From Bacteroidales bacterium (lineage in GTDB: Bacteria; Bacteroidota; Bacteroidia; Bacteroidales; Bacteroidaceae): a DNA stretch of 44,923 nt. The notes under the pieces are model-generated. The model had not been told where the DNA came from. It worked only from the letters and a program-made list of their open reading frames with translations, and ran no database searches. Position 1 is the stretch's first letter. Every line of letters starts with the position of its first letter. Positions 28,235-37,615 of the stretch are shown piece by piece. The position numbers and the translations under genes were made by a program. The stretch is from the NCBI GenBank assembly GCA_030523615.1, contig JAUNIC010000001.1:1-44923 (forward strand), written 5' to 3'.

Positions 28235-30301
28235 ATGAATCCACTCCTCAAGTTAGAGTATAACACTCCTCATAATACATTCCCATTTCCTCTTATCACC
28301 ATCCCCTTCATTGAAGAAGCCATTCATGAAGGAATGAGAATCGAAAATGAGGAAATCACTCGCATCGTTACAAACCCCGATGCACCAACATTCCAGAACA
28401 CCATCGTAGCGCTTTCTCGCACAGGAGAAATTCTTGAACGAGCCACTACGGTGATGTACAATCTTCTCAGCGCAGAAACCAACGACGAGCTCGAGGCCCT
28501 TGCGCAGAAAGTTTCGCCCATCCTTTCGGAGCATAGCAGCAACATCATGCTCAACGAAACTCTCTTTGCCCGCGTCAAAGCCGTAAAGACCTGGAGCGAA
28601 AATGAAGGAAAAGGCGCTCTTGATGCTGAGGATAAGATGCTTCTGGACAAAACCTACGACGGATTCGAGCGGAGTGGCGCAACACTTTCTGACGACAAAA
28701 AGCAGCGTTTCAGAGACATCAAAGCCGAACTCTCGAAACTGAGCCTCCAGTTCAGTCAGAACAACATCAAGGAAACCAACGATTACCAGCTTCATATCAC
28801 CGACGCCGCCCAACTTGCCGGTCTCCCCGCCAGCCAAGTGGAAGCTGCAGCAGCAACAGCACACGAGAAAGGACTTCACGGCTGGGTGTTTACGCTTCAT
28901 GCCCCCTCGTTGCACCCCTTCCTCCAGTATAGCGAAAACCGCGAACTTAGAAAGCAGATGTACATCGCAGCCAATACCCGCTGCACACATGAAAACGAGT
29001 ACAACAACTTCGAGATTTGCCGTAACATCGTTAATCTTCGCCTTGAATTGGCACAACTCCTCGGCTACCCCACATTTGCCGATTACGTTCTGAAAAACCG
29101 CATGGCGCAGGACATCCCCCACGTCAACGACCTCCTCGAACGTCTCATCGCAAACTACCACCAGCCCGCCACCGACGAAGTGGCGCAAGTCGAGGCGTTT
29201 GCCCGCCAGAGCGACCCCTCCATCCAGCGCGTTGAACCCTGGGATTTTGTACACTATGCCCATCTCCTCAAGCTTCGCGACTACAACGTCGACGCCGAGA
29301 TGCTGCGCCCCTATTTCCCCCTCGAAAGCGTGATCCGTGGTGTATTCGGACTTGCCACAACACTCTACGGCATCACTTTCCAGCAGAATGACGACATTCC
29401 CGTGTACCACCCCGACGTCAAGGCTTACGAAGTGCTCGACCACGACGGCACCTTCCTCGCTGTCCTCTATGCCGACTTCTTCCCTCGCGAAGGAAAACAG
29501 AGTGGAGCCTGGATGACCGGCTACCGCGAGCAGTATTTCGAAGATGGAGTAGATCATCGTCCTCACGTCAGCATTACGACGAACTTTACCAAACCCGTTC
29601 CCGCCACCGACGTTACCGAGCCCAAGCCCTCATTGCTTACTCTCGGCGAGGTCGAAACCTTCCTCCACGAGTTCGGTCATGCCCTCCACGGCATGTTTGC
29701 ACGTACCCGTTACGCCGCCCTCAGCGGCACAAACGTCTATTGGGACTTCGTCGAACTCCCCTCGCAGTTCATGGAGAACTACGCCATGCAACCCGCATTC
29801 CTCCGCACCTTTGCGCAGCATTACCTCACCGGCGAAACCATCCCCGACGAACTCATTCAGCGTGTTCGCCGCGCCCGCAACTTCAATGTGGCGTATGCCT
29901 GCATGCGGCAAGTCAGCTTCGGACTTCTCGATATGAGCTATTATACGCTCACCGTGCCCCTCACTGCCGACATCCGCTCCCACGAGACCACCGCTTGGCA
30001 GCGTGTTCAGTTGCTTCCTCAGCACCCCGACACCTGCATGAGCGTGCAGTTCGGCCACATCATGAGTGGAGGCTACGCCGCCGGCTACTATAGCTACAAG
30101 TGGGCCGAAGTCCTCGATGCCGACGCCTTCGAAGCCTTCGTCGAGCGTGGTATGTTCGACCGCAACGTCGCCAACGATTTCCGTAGTAAAATCCTCTCTC
30201 GCGGCGGCACCGTCCATCCTGCAGCCCTCTACCGCGATTTCCGCGGGCATGACGCCACCGTCGACGCCCTCCTCCGCCGCGACGGCATACTCCAACGCTA
30301 A
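28235..30301 (+). CDS. dcp: M3 family peptidyl-dipeptidase
   Basis: GKQSGAWM, FLHEFGHALH, DFVELPSQ, GYAAGYYSYKWAEVLD and FRG motifs. Confidence 0.93.
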   Translation: MNPLLKLEYNTPHNTFPFPLITIPFIEEAIHEGMRIENEEITRIVTNPDAPTFQNTIVALSRTGEILERATTVMYNLLSAETNDELEALAQKVSPILSEHSSNIMLNETLFARVKAVKTWSENEGKGALDAEDKMLLDKTYDGFERSGATLSDDKKQRFRDIKAELSKLSLQFSQNNIKETNDYQLHITDAAQLAGLPASQVEAAAATAHEKGLHGWVFTLHAPSLHPFLQYSENRELRKQMYIAANTRCTHENEYNNFEICRNIVNLRLELAQLLGYPTFADYVLKNRMAQDIPHVNDLLERLIANYHQPATDEVAQVEAFARQSDPSIQRVEPWDFVHYAHLLKLRDYNVDAEMLRPYFPLESVIRGVFGLATTLYGITFQQNDDIPVYHPDVKAYEVLDHDGTFLAVLYADFFPREGKQSGAWMTGYREQYFEDGVDHRPHVSITTNFTKPVPATDVTEPKPSLLTLGEVETFLHEFGHALHGMFARTRYAALSGTNVYWDFVELPSQFMENYAMQPAFLRTFAQHYLTGETIPDELIQRVRRARNFNVAYACMRQVSFGLLDMSYYTLTVPLTADIRSHETTAWQRVQLLPQHPDTCMSVQFGHIMSGGYAAGYYSYKWAEVLDADAFEAFVERGMFDRNVANDFRSKILSRGGTVHPAALYRDFRGHDATVDALLRRDGILQR

Positions 30302-30341
30302 CCCCCAATCCATCCACCCTTTATTCCCCGTCCCCACAATC

Positions 30342-30758
30342 ATGGAAAACAATCATAACCTCGACAACCGGTACCTTCGTATGGCGACCATCTGGGCTGA
30401 AAATTCCTACTGCAAGCGCCGTCAGGTTGGAGCACTCATCGTCAAAGACAAGATGATCATCTCCGACGGCTACAACGGCACCCCCTCCGGTTTCGAAAAT
30501 GTCTGCGAAGAAGACAACGTCACCAAGCCCTACGTTCTTCACGCCGAAGCCAACGCCATCACCAAGATTGCCCGCAGCAGCCACAACTCCGACGGTGCCA
30601 CACTCTACGTCACCGACGAACCCTGCATCGAATGCGCCAAACTCATCATCCAGGCAGGCATCCGTCGCGTCGTCTTCGGCCGCTACTATCGCCTCCATGA
30701 CGGTCTCGACCTCCTTCGCCGAGCCAACATCGAAGTGGTCTATCTGGGTCAGGAGTAA
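30342..30758 (+). CDS. dCMP deaminase (ComEB family)
   Basis: RRQVGA, GYNGTP, HAEANAI and PCIEC motifs; start moved from the ORF track's 30066. Confidence 0.93.
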   Translation: MENNHNLDNRYLRMATIWAENSYCKRRQVGALIVKDKMIISDGYNGTPSGFENVCEEDNVTKPYVLHAEANAITKIARSSHNSDGATLYVTDEPCIECAKLIIQAGIRRVVFGRYYRLHDGLDLLRRANIEVVYLGQE

Positions 30759-30817
30759 TTCCACAACTATTCTTACAGCATCCTCTGCATTTCTGATTAT
30801 CAGATTTTTATCATAAA

Positions 30818-32557
30818 ATGAAACAGCATTCGTCACGCCTAATGCCCATCTACACTGCCATCGCTATTGTGATAGGTGTACTCATTGGCAATTTCTACGC
30901 TAATCATTTTGCAGGACATAAAGTCAGTCTCATCAACACCTCCAGCAATAAGTTGAGCGACCTCCTCCACATCATCGGAGACGAATACGTAGATTCAGTC
31001 TCCATCTCCGATCTTGTCGAAAAGGCCCTCCCGCAGATCCTCAAGGAACTCGACCCGCACTCCACCTACATCAGCGCAGAAGAAGCCGAAGCTTCAATGC
31101 AAGACCTCAAAGGCTCCTTCTCTGGCATCGGTGTCCAGTTCACCATTTATGATGACACTATCCGCATTGTCAAAGTCATCAGCGGTGGCCCGTCCGACCG
31201 TGCTGGCCTTCGTGCAGGCGACAGAATTGTCACCATTGACGACAGCACATACGTCGGCAGTGATATCACCAACGACGAAACCATGAAACGTCTGAAAGGA
31301 CCGGCCGACACTCAGGTTAAACTCGGCATCCTCCGCTCCGGATCAACCGACCTCCTCTCCTACGACATCTCCCGCGGATCAGTCCCCGTCAAAAGCATCG
31401 ACGCCCACTACATGATCGACAAGGAGACCGGCTACATCCGCATCAACTCCTGGGGCGACACCACCTACTCCGAGTTCATCGCAGCCATGCGCACACTCAA
31501 CAACAAGGGGCTCAACAACCTCATCATCGACCTGCGCGGCAATCTCGGCGGCTACCTCACCGCAGCCACCCAGCTTGCCAACGAATTCCTCCCCGCCGGC
31601 CGCCTCATCGTCTACACCGAAGGCCGCCGCTATCCTCGCGAAGACTTCAAGAGCGACGGCCGCGGCAGTTATCAAGACATGCCCCTCGTCGTCCTCGTCG
31701 ACGAAACCAGCGCCTCCGCCAGCGAAATTTTTGCCGGCGCCATGCAGGACAACGACCGCGCCACCATCGTCGGACGCCGCACCTTTGGTAAAGGCCTCGT
31801 ACAGATCCCCTTCGAGTTCCGCGACGGCAGCATCGTTCGTCTAACCCGAGCACGCTACTACACCCCCTCCGGCCGCTGCGTCCAGAAACCCTACACCCCC
31901 GGCGACGAAGAAGCCTACGAAAACGACCTCCTCGACCGCGCCGAAGCCGGCGAATACTTCAATCCCGACAGCATCAAGACCAACGGCGAAAAGTTCAAGA
32001 CACGCCTCGGACGCACCGTCTACGGCGGTGGTGGCATCATCCCCGACCATTTCATTGGCCGCGACACCATCGGCTACACTTCTTACTTCAAGGACGTCGT
32101 TATGAATGGTCAGATGGCCACATTTGCCTACCACTTTGTCGATAAGCATCGCGACGCACTCGAAGAATGCCGCAAATACACCGACGTCATCAACTATCTC
32201 AAGGGCTTCGACTATATTGACGAGTTTGCCACTTTCGCCGACCAGCGCGGCACAAAGCGTCGCAACCTGATGATCATGACCAGCCGCACACTCATGGAGC
32301 GCTTCCTCACCAGCTACATCATCAGCGACATCCTCGACACGCAAGACGCCGTCGAGTTCACCAACCTCACCGATCCCACGGTTCTCAAAGCACTCCAGAT
32401 CATCCGCAACAACGAAGCATTCCCCCGTTATGACAAAGCAGCAGCTCAGAGCCGACATACGAGCACGAAAGTCACACCTTACGCCACAAGTCCAGGCCGC
32501 AGCAGCCAGCTCGTTTGCATCGCAGGCCGCAAGCGCTATCGCTTCCTCTGGTGCTAA
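30818..32557 (+). CDS. S41 family C-terminal processing protease with PDZ domain
   Basis: LDPHS, FSGIGV (PDZ), DLRGNLGG, SASASEI, TFGKG and YYTPSG motifs. Confidence 0.93.
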   Translation: MKQHSSRLMPIYTAIAIVIGVLIGNFYANHFAGHKVSLINTSSNKLSDLLHIIGDEYVDSVSISDLVEKALPQILKELDPHSTYISAEEAEASMQDLKGSFSGIGVQFTIYDDTIRIVKVISGGPSDRAGLRAGDRIVTIDDSTYVGSDITNDETMKRLKGPADTQVKLGILRSGSTDLLSYDISRGSVPVKSIDAHYMIDKETGYIRINSWGDTTYSEFIAAMRTLNNKGLNNLIIDLRGNLGGYLTAATQLANEFLPAGRLIVYTEGRRYPREDFKSDGRGSYQDMPLVVLVDETSASASEIFAGAMQDNDRATIVGRRTFGKGLVQIPFEFRDGSIVRLTRARYYTPSGRCVQKPYTPGDEEAYENDLLDRAEAGEYFNPDSIKTNGEKFKTRLGRTVYGGGGIIPDHFIGRDTIGYTSYFKDVVMNGQMATFAYHFVDKHRDALEECRKYTDVINYLKGFDYIDEFATFADQRGTKRRNLMIMTSRTLMERFLTSYIISDILDTQDAVEFTNLTDPTVLKALQIIRNNEAFPRYDKAAAQSRHTSTKVTPYATSPGRSSQLVCIAGRKRYRFLWC

Positions 32558-32993
32558 GACCGTCTTGCTCTACGCCTCCCTGCTCGACGAAGTTCCCACC
32601 CTCGACTTCCTCGACCACTGTCCCTGCCGCATCGTCCTCCCCTGCGTCGTCGACGACGAAAACCTCGAGCTCCGCCACTACACTGGCCCCCACGACCTCG
32701 AGGTGCGCGGAAAATACCACATTCCCGAACCCGTAGGCCCCCTCTTTACCGACTATGCCTCCATAGACCTTGCGCTGATTCCCGGCATGGCTTTCGATGC
32801 ATTCGGCCATCGTCTCGGTCGCGGCAAAGGATATTACGACCGCCTGCTCTCACATCCTGCTTTTGCCAGCATACCTAAGATAGGCGTATGTTACGACTTC
32901 CAGCTGCTGCCTGCAGTGCCCTCGTTACCCCACGACTGCATGATGGATTCCCTCATCGTCGTCCCTACGCATATTCACAACGTCTCCGCATGA
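32430..32993 (+). CDS. 5-formyltetrahydrofolate cyclo-ligase
   Basis: K.QLR, IPEP, IPGMAFD..GHRLGRGKGYYDR and PHD motifs. Confidence 0.93.
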   Translation: MTKQQLRADIRARKSHLTPQVQAAAASSFASQAASAIASSGAKTVLLYASLLDEVPTLDFLDHCPCRIVLPCVVDDENLELRHYTGPHDLEVRGKYHIPEPVGPLFTDYASIDLALIPGMAFDAFGHRLGRGKGYYDRLLSHPAFASIPKIGVCYDFQLLPAVPSLPHDCMMDSLIVVPTHIHNVSA

Positions 32994-34267
32994 AACCCCA
33001 CATACTCCTGCTACTCATCCTCTGCCTCGGCCTCCTTTCCTCGTGCCACAAGCGCAACGAGAAACCCGAGCGAAAGGCGTCGATGGGCAGCATCTTCGAG
33101 AAACAACCACCCTCCGACAGCCTGATCTACGACCTCGCGTCTATCCTCAAAGGCGGCGAACTCATCATCACCACCATCTCGAGCCCCGAAACCTACTACG
33201 ACTACCATGGCATGGGCATGGGCCTTCAATATGCCCTCGTCGAGAATTTCTGCGAAGAGCAGGGCATAACCATCCGCGTTGAGGTGGCAAAAGACAGCGT
33301 TGAACTCGTCCAGAAAATGCTTGATGGCGAAGCCGATTTGCTCGCCTATCCCCTTTCTGAAGCATATCTGAAGGAAAAAGGACTCGTCCCCACCGGCTAT
33401 AACAAAAAAGGACGATGGGCCGTGCGCCCCGCCGCCAAGAAACTCGCTGAAGCCCTCGACGACTGGTATGGCGAAGGCATCGAGATCGATGTCAACAAAC
33501 TCCTCGAAGAGCGCACCAAGAAAGCGCACCACGTTGATCGCAAAGCCCAAGCCGTCTATCTCAGTCGCTCGCAAGGCGTCATCTCCGTCTACGACGACCT
33601 CTTCAAGGATGCCGCTCACGTCGTGGGATGGGATTGGCGACTCATCGCCTCCATGTGCTACCAGGAGAGCGCCTTCGACCCCAATGCCCGCTCCTATGTG
33701 GGTGCTCAAGGACTCATGCAGCTCATGCCCAAGACCGCCGAAAGCCTTGGCCTCCAACCTGAAGAGATCTGCAATCCCGAGAAGAACGTCCGCGCCGCCG
33801 CCCGCTACCTTGTGCAACTCATCAAGCAGTTCCCCGATGTCAAGAACAACGAAGAGCGCGTCAAGTTCGTCCTCGCTTCCTACAACGGCGGTTCCGGCCA
33901 CGTGCGCGATGCCATGGCCCTCGCCAAGAAGTACGGCCACAACCCCGGCGTGTGGGACGACGTATCACCCTACATCCTCGGCCTCTCGCAACCCCAATAC
34001 TACAAAGACCCCGTCGTCAAGCGCGGATATATGGTCGGTCGCGAAACCGCCAACTACGTCTACAAAATCATGGACCGTTGGCGCGACTACGGCGGCAATG
34101 TGGCTGTGAGCGCGCCGCCGCGAATGCCTTCCGACGCCGATGCACCCGCCGATCCTTCCGACGTGGCACGCCGCATTCAGGACCCTCCCCGCCGCTCCAA
34201 CCGCTACTCATCAGGTTCACGAGTCATGCGTCCCGATGATCCTCGTTTCAACCAGATGGACCAGTAA
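32990..34267 (+). CDS. MltF-like lytic transglycosylase lipoprotein (SBP plus SLT domains)
   Basis: Lipobox LSSC; YQESAFDP, GLMQLMP, ASYNGG and ET..YV motifs; ATGA overlap with the upstream stop. Confidence 0.88.
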   Translation: MKPHILLLLILCLGLLSSCHKRNEKPERKASMGSIFEKQPPSDSLIYDLASILKGGELIITTISSPETYYDYHGMGMGLQYALVENFCEEQGITIRVEVAKDSVELVQKMLDGEADLLAYPLSEAYLKEKGLVPTGYNKKGRWAVRPAAKKLAEALDDWYGEGIEIDVNKLLEERTKKAHHVDRKAQAVYLSRSQGVISVYDDLFKDAAHVVGWDWRLIASMCYQESAFDPNARSYVGAQGLMQLMPKTAESLGLQPEEICNPEKNVRAAARYLVQLIKQFPDVKNNEERVKFVLASYNGGSGHVRDAMALAKKYGHNPGVWDDVSPYILGLSQPQYYKDPVVKRGYMVGRETANYVYKIMDRWRDYGGNVAVSAPPRMPSDADAPADPSDVARRIQDPPRRSNRYSSGSRVMRPDDPRFNQMDQ

Positions 34268-34427
34268 TTCGCATCCATATTTCCGCACGCGCCCGCCCCG
34301 AACTTGCCGAAGGCCAGTCGCGAGACGCGAAGCGCGAGTCCGAAGGATGCGAAGCACAAAGGGCAAAAGTCTTAAACAGAACCGTTCGTGGATTATTTTT
34401 CAACGTAAATTATCGCAAATTGACCGA

Positions 34428-34468
34428 AAATTCACGAAAATTCGCGTCAAATTCACGAAAATTCGCGT
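34428..34468. repeat. Direct repeat AAATTCACGAAAATTCGCGT x2, 21-bp period
   Basis: Copies start at 34428 and 34449. Confidence 0.9.
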
Positions 34469-34558
34469 AAACATATGGCGCGCTATCTGTTCCTTACCAC
34501 CAACCCCTACACTTAAACTACACAAAAAAACTAACAAGAAATTCAAAAAATTAGCACT

Positions 34559-35443
34559 ATGCGTACAAACATATTCCGTGGACTCGGTGTCGCCGTGGTC
34601 ACTCCCTTCAATACCGACGGCAACATCGACTACTATGCCCTTCGCGAAATCATCGAAAACATCCTTCAGGAGGGTGGGGCAGACTTCCTCTGCGTTCTCG
34701 GCACCACCGCCGAAACACCCACACTCACCGATGGCGAACGCGAACTCGTCATGGAAACCTTCGTCGATGCTGTTGATGGTCGCGTGCCCCTCCTTTTAGG
34801 ATGTGGCGGCAACAACACCCGCGCCGTCTGCAACTATCTCGAGAGCGCCAACCTCGATGGGTTCGATGGCGTGCTCATCGTCGCACCCTACTACAACAAA
34901 CCCACGCAGGAAGGACTCTACCAACACTATGTAGCTGTTGCCGATGCCTCGCCGCTGCCCGTCGTGCTCTACAATGTCCCTGGCCGCACCGGCGTAAACC
35001 TCAGCGCAGCCACCACCATCCGTATTGCCGAAGACTGCGAAAATGTAGTTGCCATCAAGGAAGCAAGTGGTATTTTGCCGCAGATCGATGCCATCATCTC
35101 CGGAGCCCCCGACGGTTTCGAGGTCATCAGCGGCGACGACGGCCTCACCTACCCCCTCCTCAGTCTTGGAGCCACCGGTCTCATCAGTGTCGTTGGCAAT
35201 GCCTTCCCCACCGAAATGGCCCAGCTGGTTCATGACGCCCTCGATGGCAACTACGATGCGGCGCTCGATACCCACCGTCGTTTCCGCGAGATCAATCGTC
35301 TGTCCTTCATCGATGGCAACCCCGCCGGTGTGAAAGCCATGCTATCTCATATGGAACTTTGTCAGAATGTATTGCGTTTGCCCCTGGTTCCCGTCTCAGA
35401 ATCTACCGAAGCCGCCATCGTCGAGGCCCTTGCCAGCTTCTGA
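34559..35443 (+). CDS. dapA: 4-hydroxy-tetrahydrodipicolinate synthase
   Basis: VTPF, LGTTAE, PYYNKP, LYNVPGRT, AIKEASG and SGDD motifs. Confidence 0.96.
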   Translation: MRTNIFRGLGVAVVTPFNTDGNIDYYALREIIENILQEGGADFLCVLGTTAETPTLTDGERELVMETFVDAVDGRVPLLLGCGGNNTRAVCNYLESANLDGFDGVLIVAPYYNKPTQEGLYQHYVAVADASPLPVVLYNVPGRTGVNLSAATTIRIAEDCENVVAIKEASGILPQIDAIISGAPDGFEVISGDDGLTYPLLSLGATGLISVVGNAFPTEMAQLVHDALDGNYDAALDTHRRFREINRLSFIDGNPAGVKAMLSHMELCQNVLRLPLVPVSESTEAAIVEALASF

Positions 35444-35471
35444 TCTCCAAGTTATTTTTCTGCACAACTCT

Positions 35472-37565
35472 ATGAATCATCGCTTCTTCCGTTCCGTAAT
35501 CTGTCTACTGACCTTCCTGCTTCTCTTCGTCGGGAACGCATCAGGCCAGTCGTCCCGTTCGTCGTCAAGCCGTTCGGGAGGTAACGCGGGACGCAAAAAT
35601 ACTACTGCCGTCGACAGCTCGAAGATTGTGCCCATCGGACTGAAGACGTGGACCGTTGACCGTCGTTTCGGTAGCGTCATCCCCACAGAGCCGGACACGA
35701 TGCCTCACCTCTTTCAGCAGGTGAACAACACGGACGGCATTTACGGCACTTATAATCATACAGGCAATCTGGCGAGCCCGCGCATCACCCGCATCTATTC
35801 AGGACAGCAGGATTTCATGATGGGTTCGCAGTTCCTCTTTGCCAACCCGTACAGCATGGCGATGGAGAGCGCCGAGAAGATGGTGTTCACGAATACAAAA
35901 TCGCCCATCACGAATATCTCGTGGATGACGCAGGGCAACAAGACGAACGGCGACGACCGTATCCGCGTGAACTTTGCGACGAACATCAACAAGAATGCGG
36001 GCATCGGTGCGAAGATCGACTATTTCTACGGCCGCGGCTACTACACGCACCAGAATACTTCGAGCATTGCGTCGAGAATCTTCGGCAGTTACCGTGGCGA
36101 GAGGTACCAGGTGCATGGCGCGTACATCCTGGATCGTACGAAGAATGCGGAGAATGGTGGTTTGACCGACGACACCTACATCACTCACCCGGAGTATTTC
36201 TCTACGAAGTATGCGCCTCAGGATATGCCGGTTCGCCTGCGCAGTGCTTACAACAATATGAAGGTGAATACGTTGTTCCTGACGCACCGCTACAATTTGG
36301 GTTACTACGAACTTGTGGACAGCCTTGGCGAGAAATTGGTGATCCCCGACAGCTTGCGTGGTGACAGCACGATCTTGCGAGGTCCGCGAAAGTTCATCCC
36401 CGTTGCAGCTTTTGTCCATACGGCGAAGTTCGACCACAACCGACACGTTTATCTGGACAATACGACAGATCGTTCGTTCTACATTGACGACTTCTTTGTG
36501 GGTACCGATAGCATCAATGATCCGACCCGCTACCTGAGTCTTGAAAATACTTTTGCTCTCGAAATGACGGAAGGTTTCCGCCGATGGGTGAAGACGGGTA
36601 TGCGACTCTTTGGCAAGCACCAGTTGCTGAACGTGACTCTTCCGGACGAGGAGCATCGTATGGTGGGCACGACGTACAACTACATCACTCTCGGTGCGCA
36701 ATTGATGAGGGAGCTGGGTCGCTTGTTCCACTACAACGTGCTCGGTGAGATTCGTACCACGGGTAAGAAGTGGGGCGAGTTCAATGTCGAAGGTAACATG
36801 AAATTCGACATCCCCATTCTGCGCGACTCTGTGAGTATCGTGGTCGATGGTTTCGTGCGCAACGAAGAGCCCTCCTACTATTATCGCCACTATCATTCTG
36901 CCGGTGCTTGGTGGGACAACGATCTGAGCAACATTTTCCGCACGCGTGTCAACGGTACACTTTTGTGGCGCAAGACGCGTCTGAAGGTGGGCGTTGAGAC
37001 GATTCAAAACCACACTTTCTTCCAGGAGGTGCAGGATTGGACGAATGTGGCGAACCCGGAAGGCTCCGATATCAGTCAGGTGCGTTATGGTGCTTGTGTA
37101 AGCCAAGCCTCGAAGAATGTGCAGCTGCTGCAGGCGGCCCTCTGCCAGGACTTGAAGTTTGGTCCGGTGGTGTGGGAAAACGAGGTGACATTCCAGCGTT
37201 CGTCGGACAACAAGGTGTTGCCGGTTCCTACGCTGAACGTGTGGTCAAATCTATACTTCCACTTCAAGATTGCGAAGGTGCTGAGTACGGATATCGGTGG
37301 CGATGTGCGCTATTTCACGCGCTACTATGCACCGACGTACACTCCTTTCTTAGGACAGTATGCTGTGCAGGATGAGGATCATCGTGTGAAGGTGGGCAAT
37401 TATCCGTGGGTGAACATCTACGCAAATTTCCACTTGAAGACATGCCGCTTCTTCGTGATGTATAGTCACGTGAGCCAGTATGCTGGTCCGTATTTCCTTG
37501 CCCCGCATTACCCGACGAATCAGCGCGCGCTGCGACTCGGCATCAGTTGGAACTTCTTCAATTGA
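35472..37565 (+). CDS. Putative outer-membrane porin (Bacteroidota Porin_10-like)
   Basis: Signal peptide, GNLASP and ENGG motifs, beta-strand periodicity and C-terminal GISWNFFN. Confidence 0.8.
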   Translation: MNHRFFRSVICLLTFLLLFVGNASGQSSRSSSSRSGGNAGRKNTTAVDSSKIVPIGLKTWTVDRRFGSVIPTEPDTMPHLFQQVNNTDGIYGTYNHTGNLASPRITRIYSGQQDFMMGSQFLFANPYSMAMESAEKMVFTNTKSPITNISWMTQGNKTNGDDRIRVNFATNINKNAGIGAKIDYFYGRGYYTHQNTSSIASRIFGSYRGERYQVHGAYILDRTKNAENGGLTDDTYITHPEYFSTKYAPQDMPVRLRSAYNNMKVNTLFLTHRYNLGYYELVDSLGEKLVIPDSLRGDSTILRGPRKFIPVAAFVHTAKFDHNRHVYLDNTTDRSFYIDDFFVGTDSINDPTRYLSLENTFALEMTEGFRRWVKTGMRLFGKHQLLNVTLPDEEHRMVGTTYNYITLGAQLMRELGRLFHYNVLGEIRTTGKKWGEFNVEGNMKFDIPILRDSVSIVVDGFVRNEEPSYYYRHYHSAGAWWDNDLSNIFRTRVNGTLLWRKTRLKVGVETIQNHTFFQEVQDWTNVANPEGSDISQVRYGACVSQASKNVQLLQAALCQDLKFGPVVWENEVTFQRSSDNKVLPVPTLNVWSNLYFHFKIAKVLSTDIGGDVRYFTRYYAPTYTPFLGQYAVQDEDHRVKVGNYPWVNIYANFHLKTCRFFVMYSHVSQYAGPYFLAPHYPTNQRALRLGISWNFFN

Positions 37566-37615
37566 TGGGGGCGCTCCGCTCAAAATCTGGTTCATCCGAC
37601 AAATGCGTAGTTATA

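Noticed and set aside
30066-30341. Ser/Pro/Thr-rich N-terminal extension on dCMP deaminase
   Set aside because: It is an alternative-frame reading of the C-rich dcp 3' end; the real start is the ATG at 30342.
2560-32557. Dedicated proteolytic island (S8, M1, M28, M3, S41)
   Set aside because: The peptidases are scattered across separate operons among housekeeping genes, which is ordinary for Bacteroidales.
32430-32993. 6S RNA upstream of 5-FTHF cyclo-ligase (ssrS-ygfA synteny)
   Set aside because: There is no intergenic space, because the gene overlaps the S41 protease.
34140-34799. 219-aa ORF containing repeated KFTKIRV
   Set aside because: It is the translation of the 21-bp DNA repeat and overlaps mltF and dapA out of frame.
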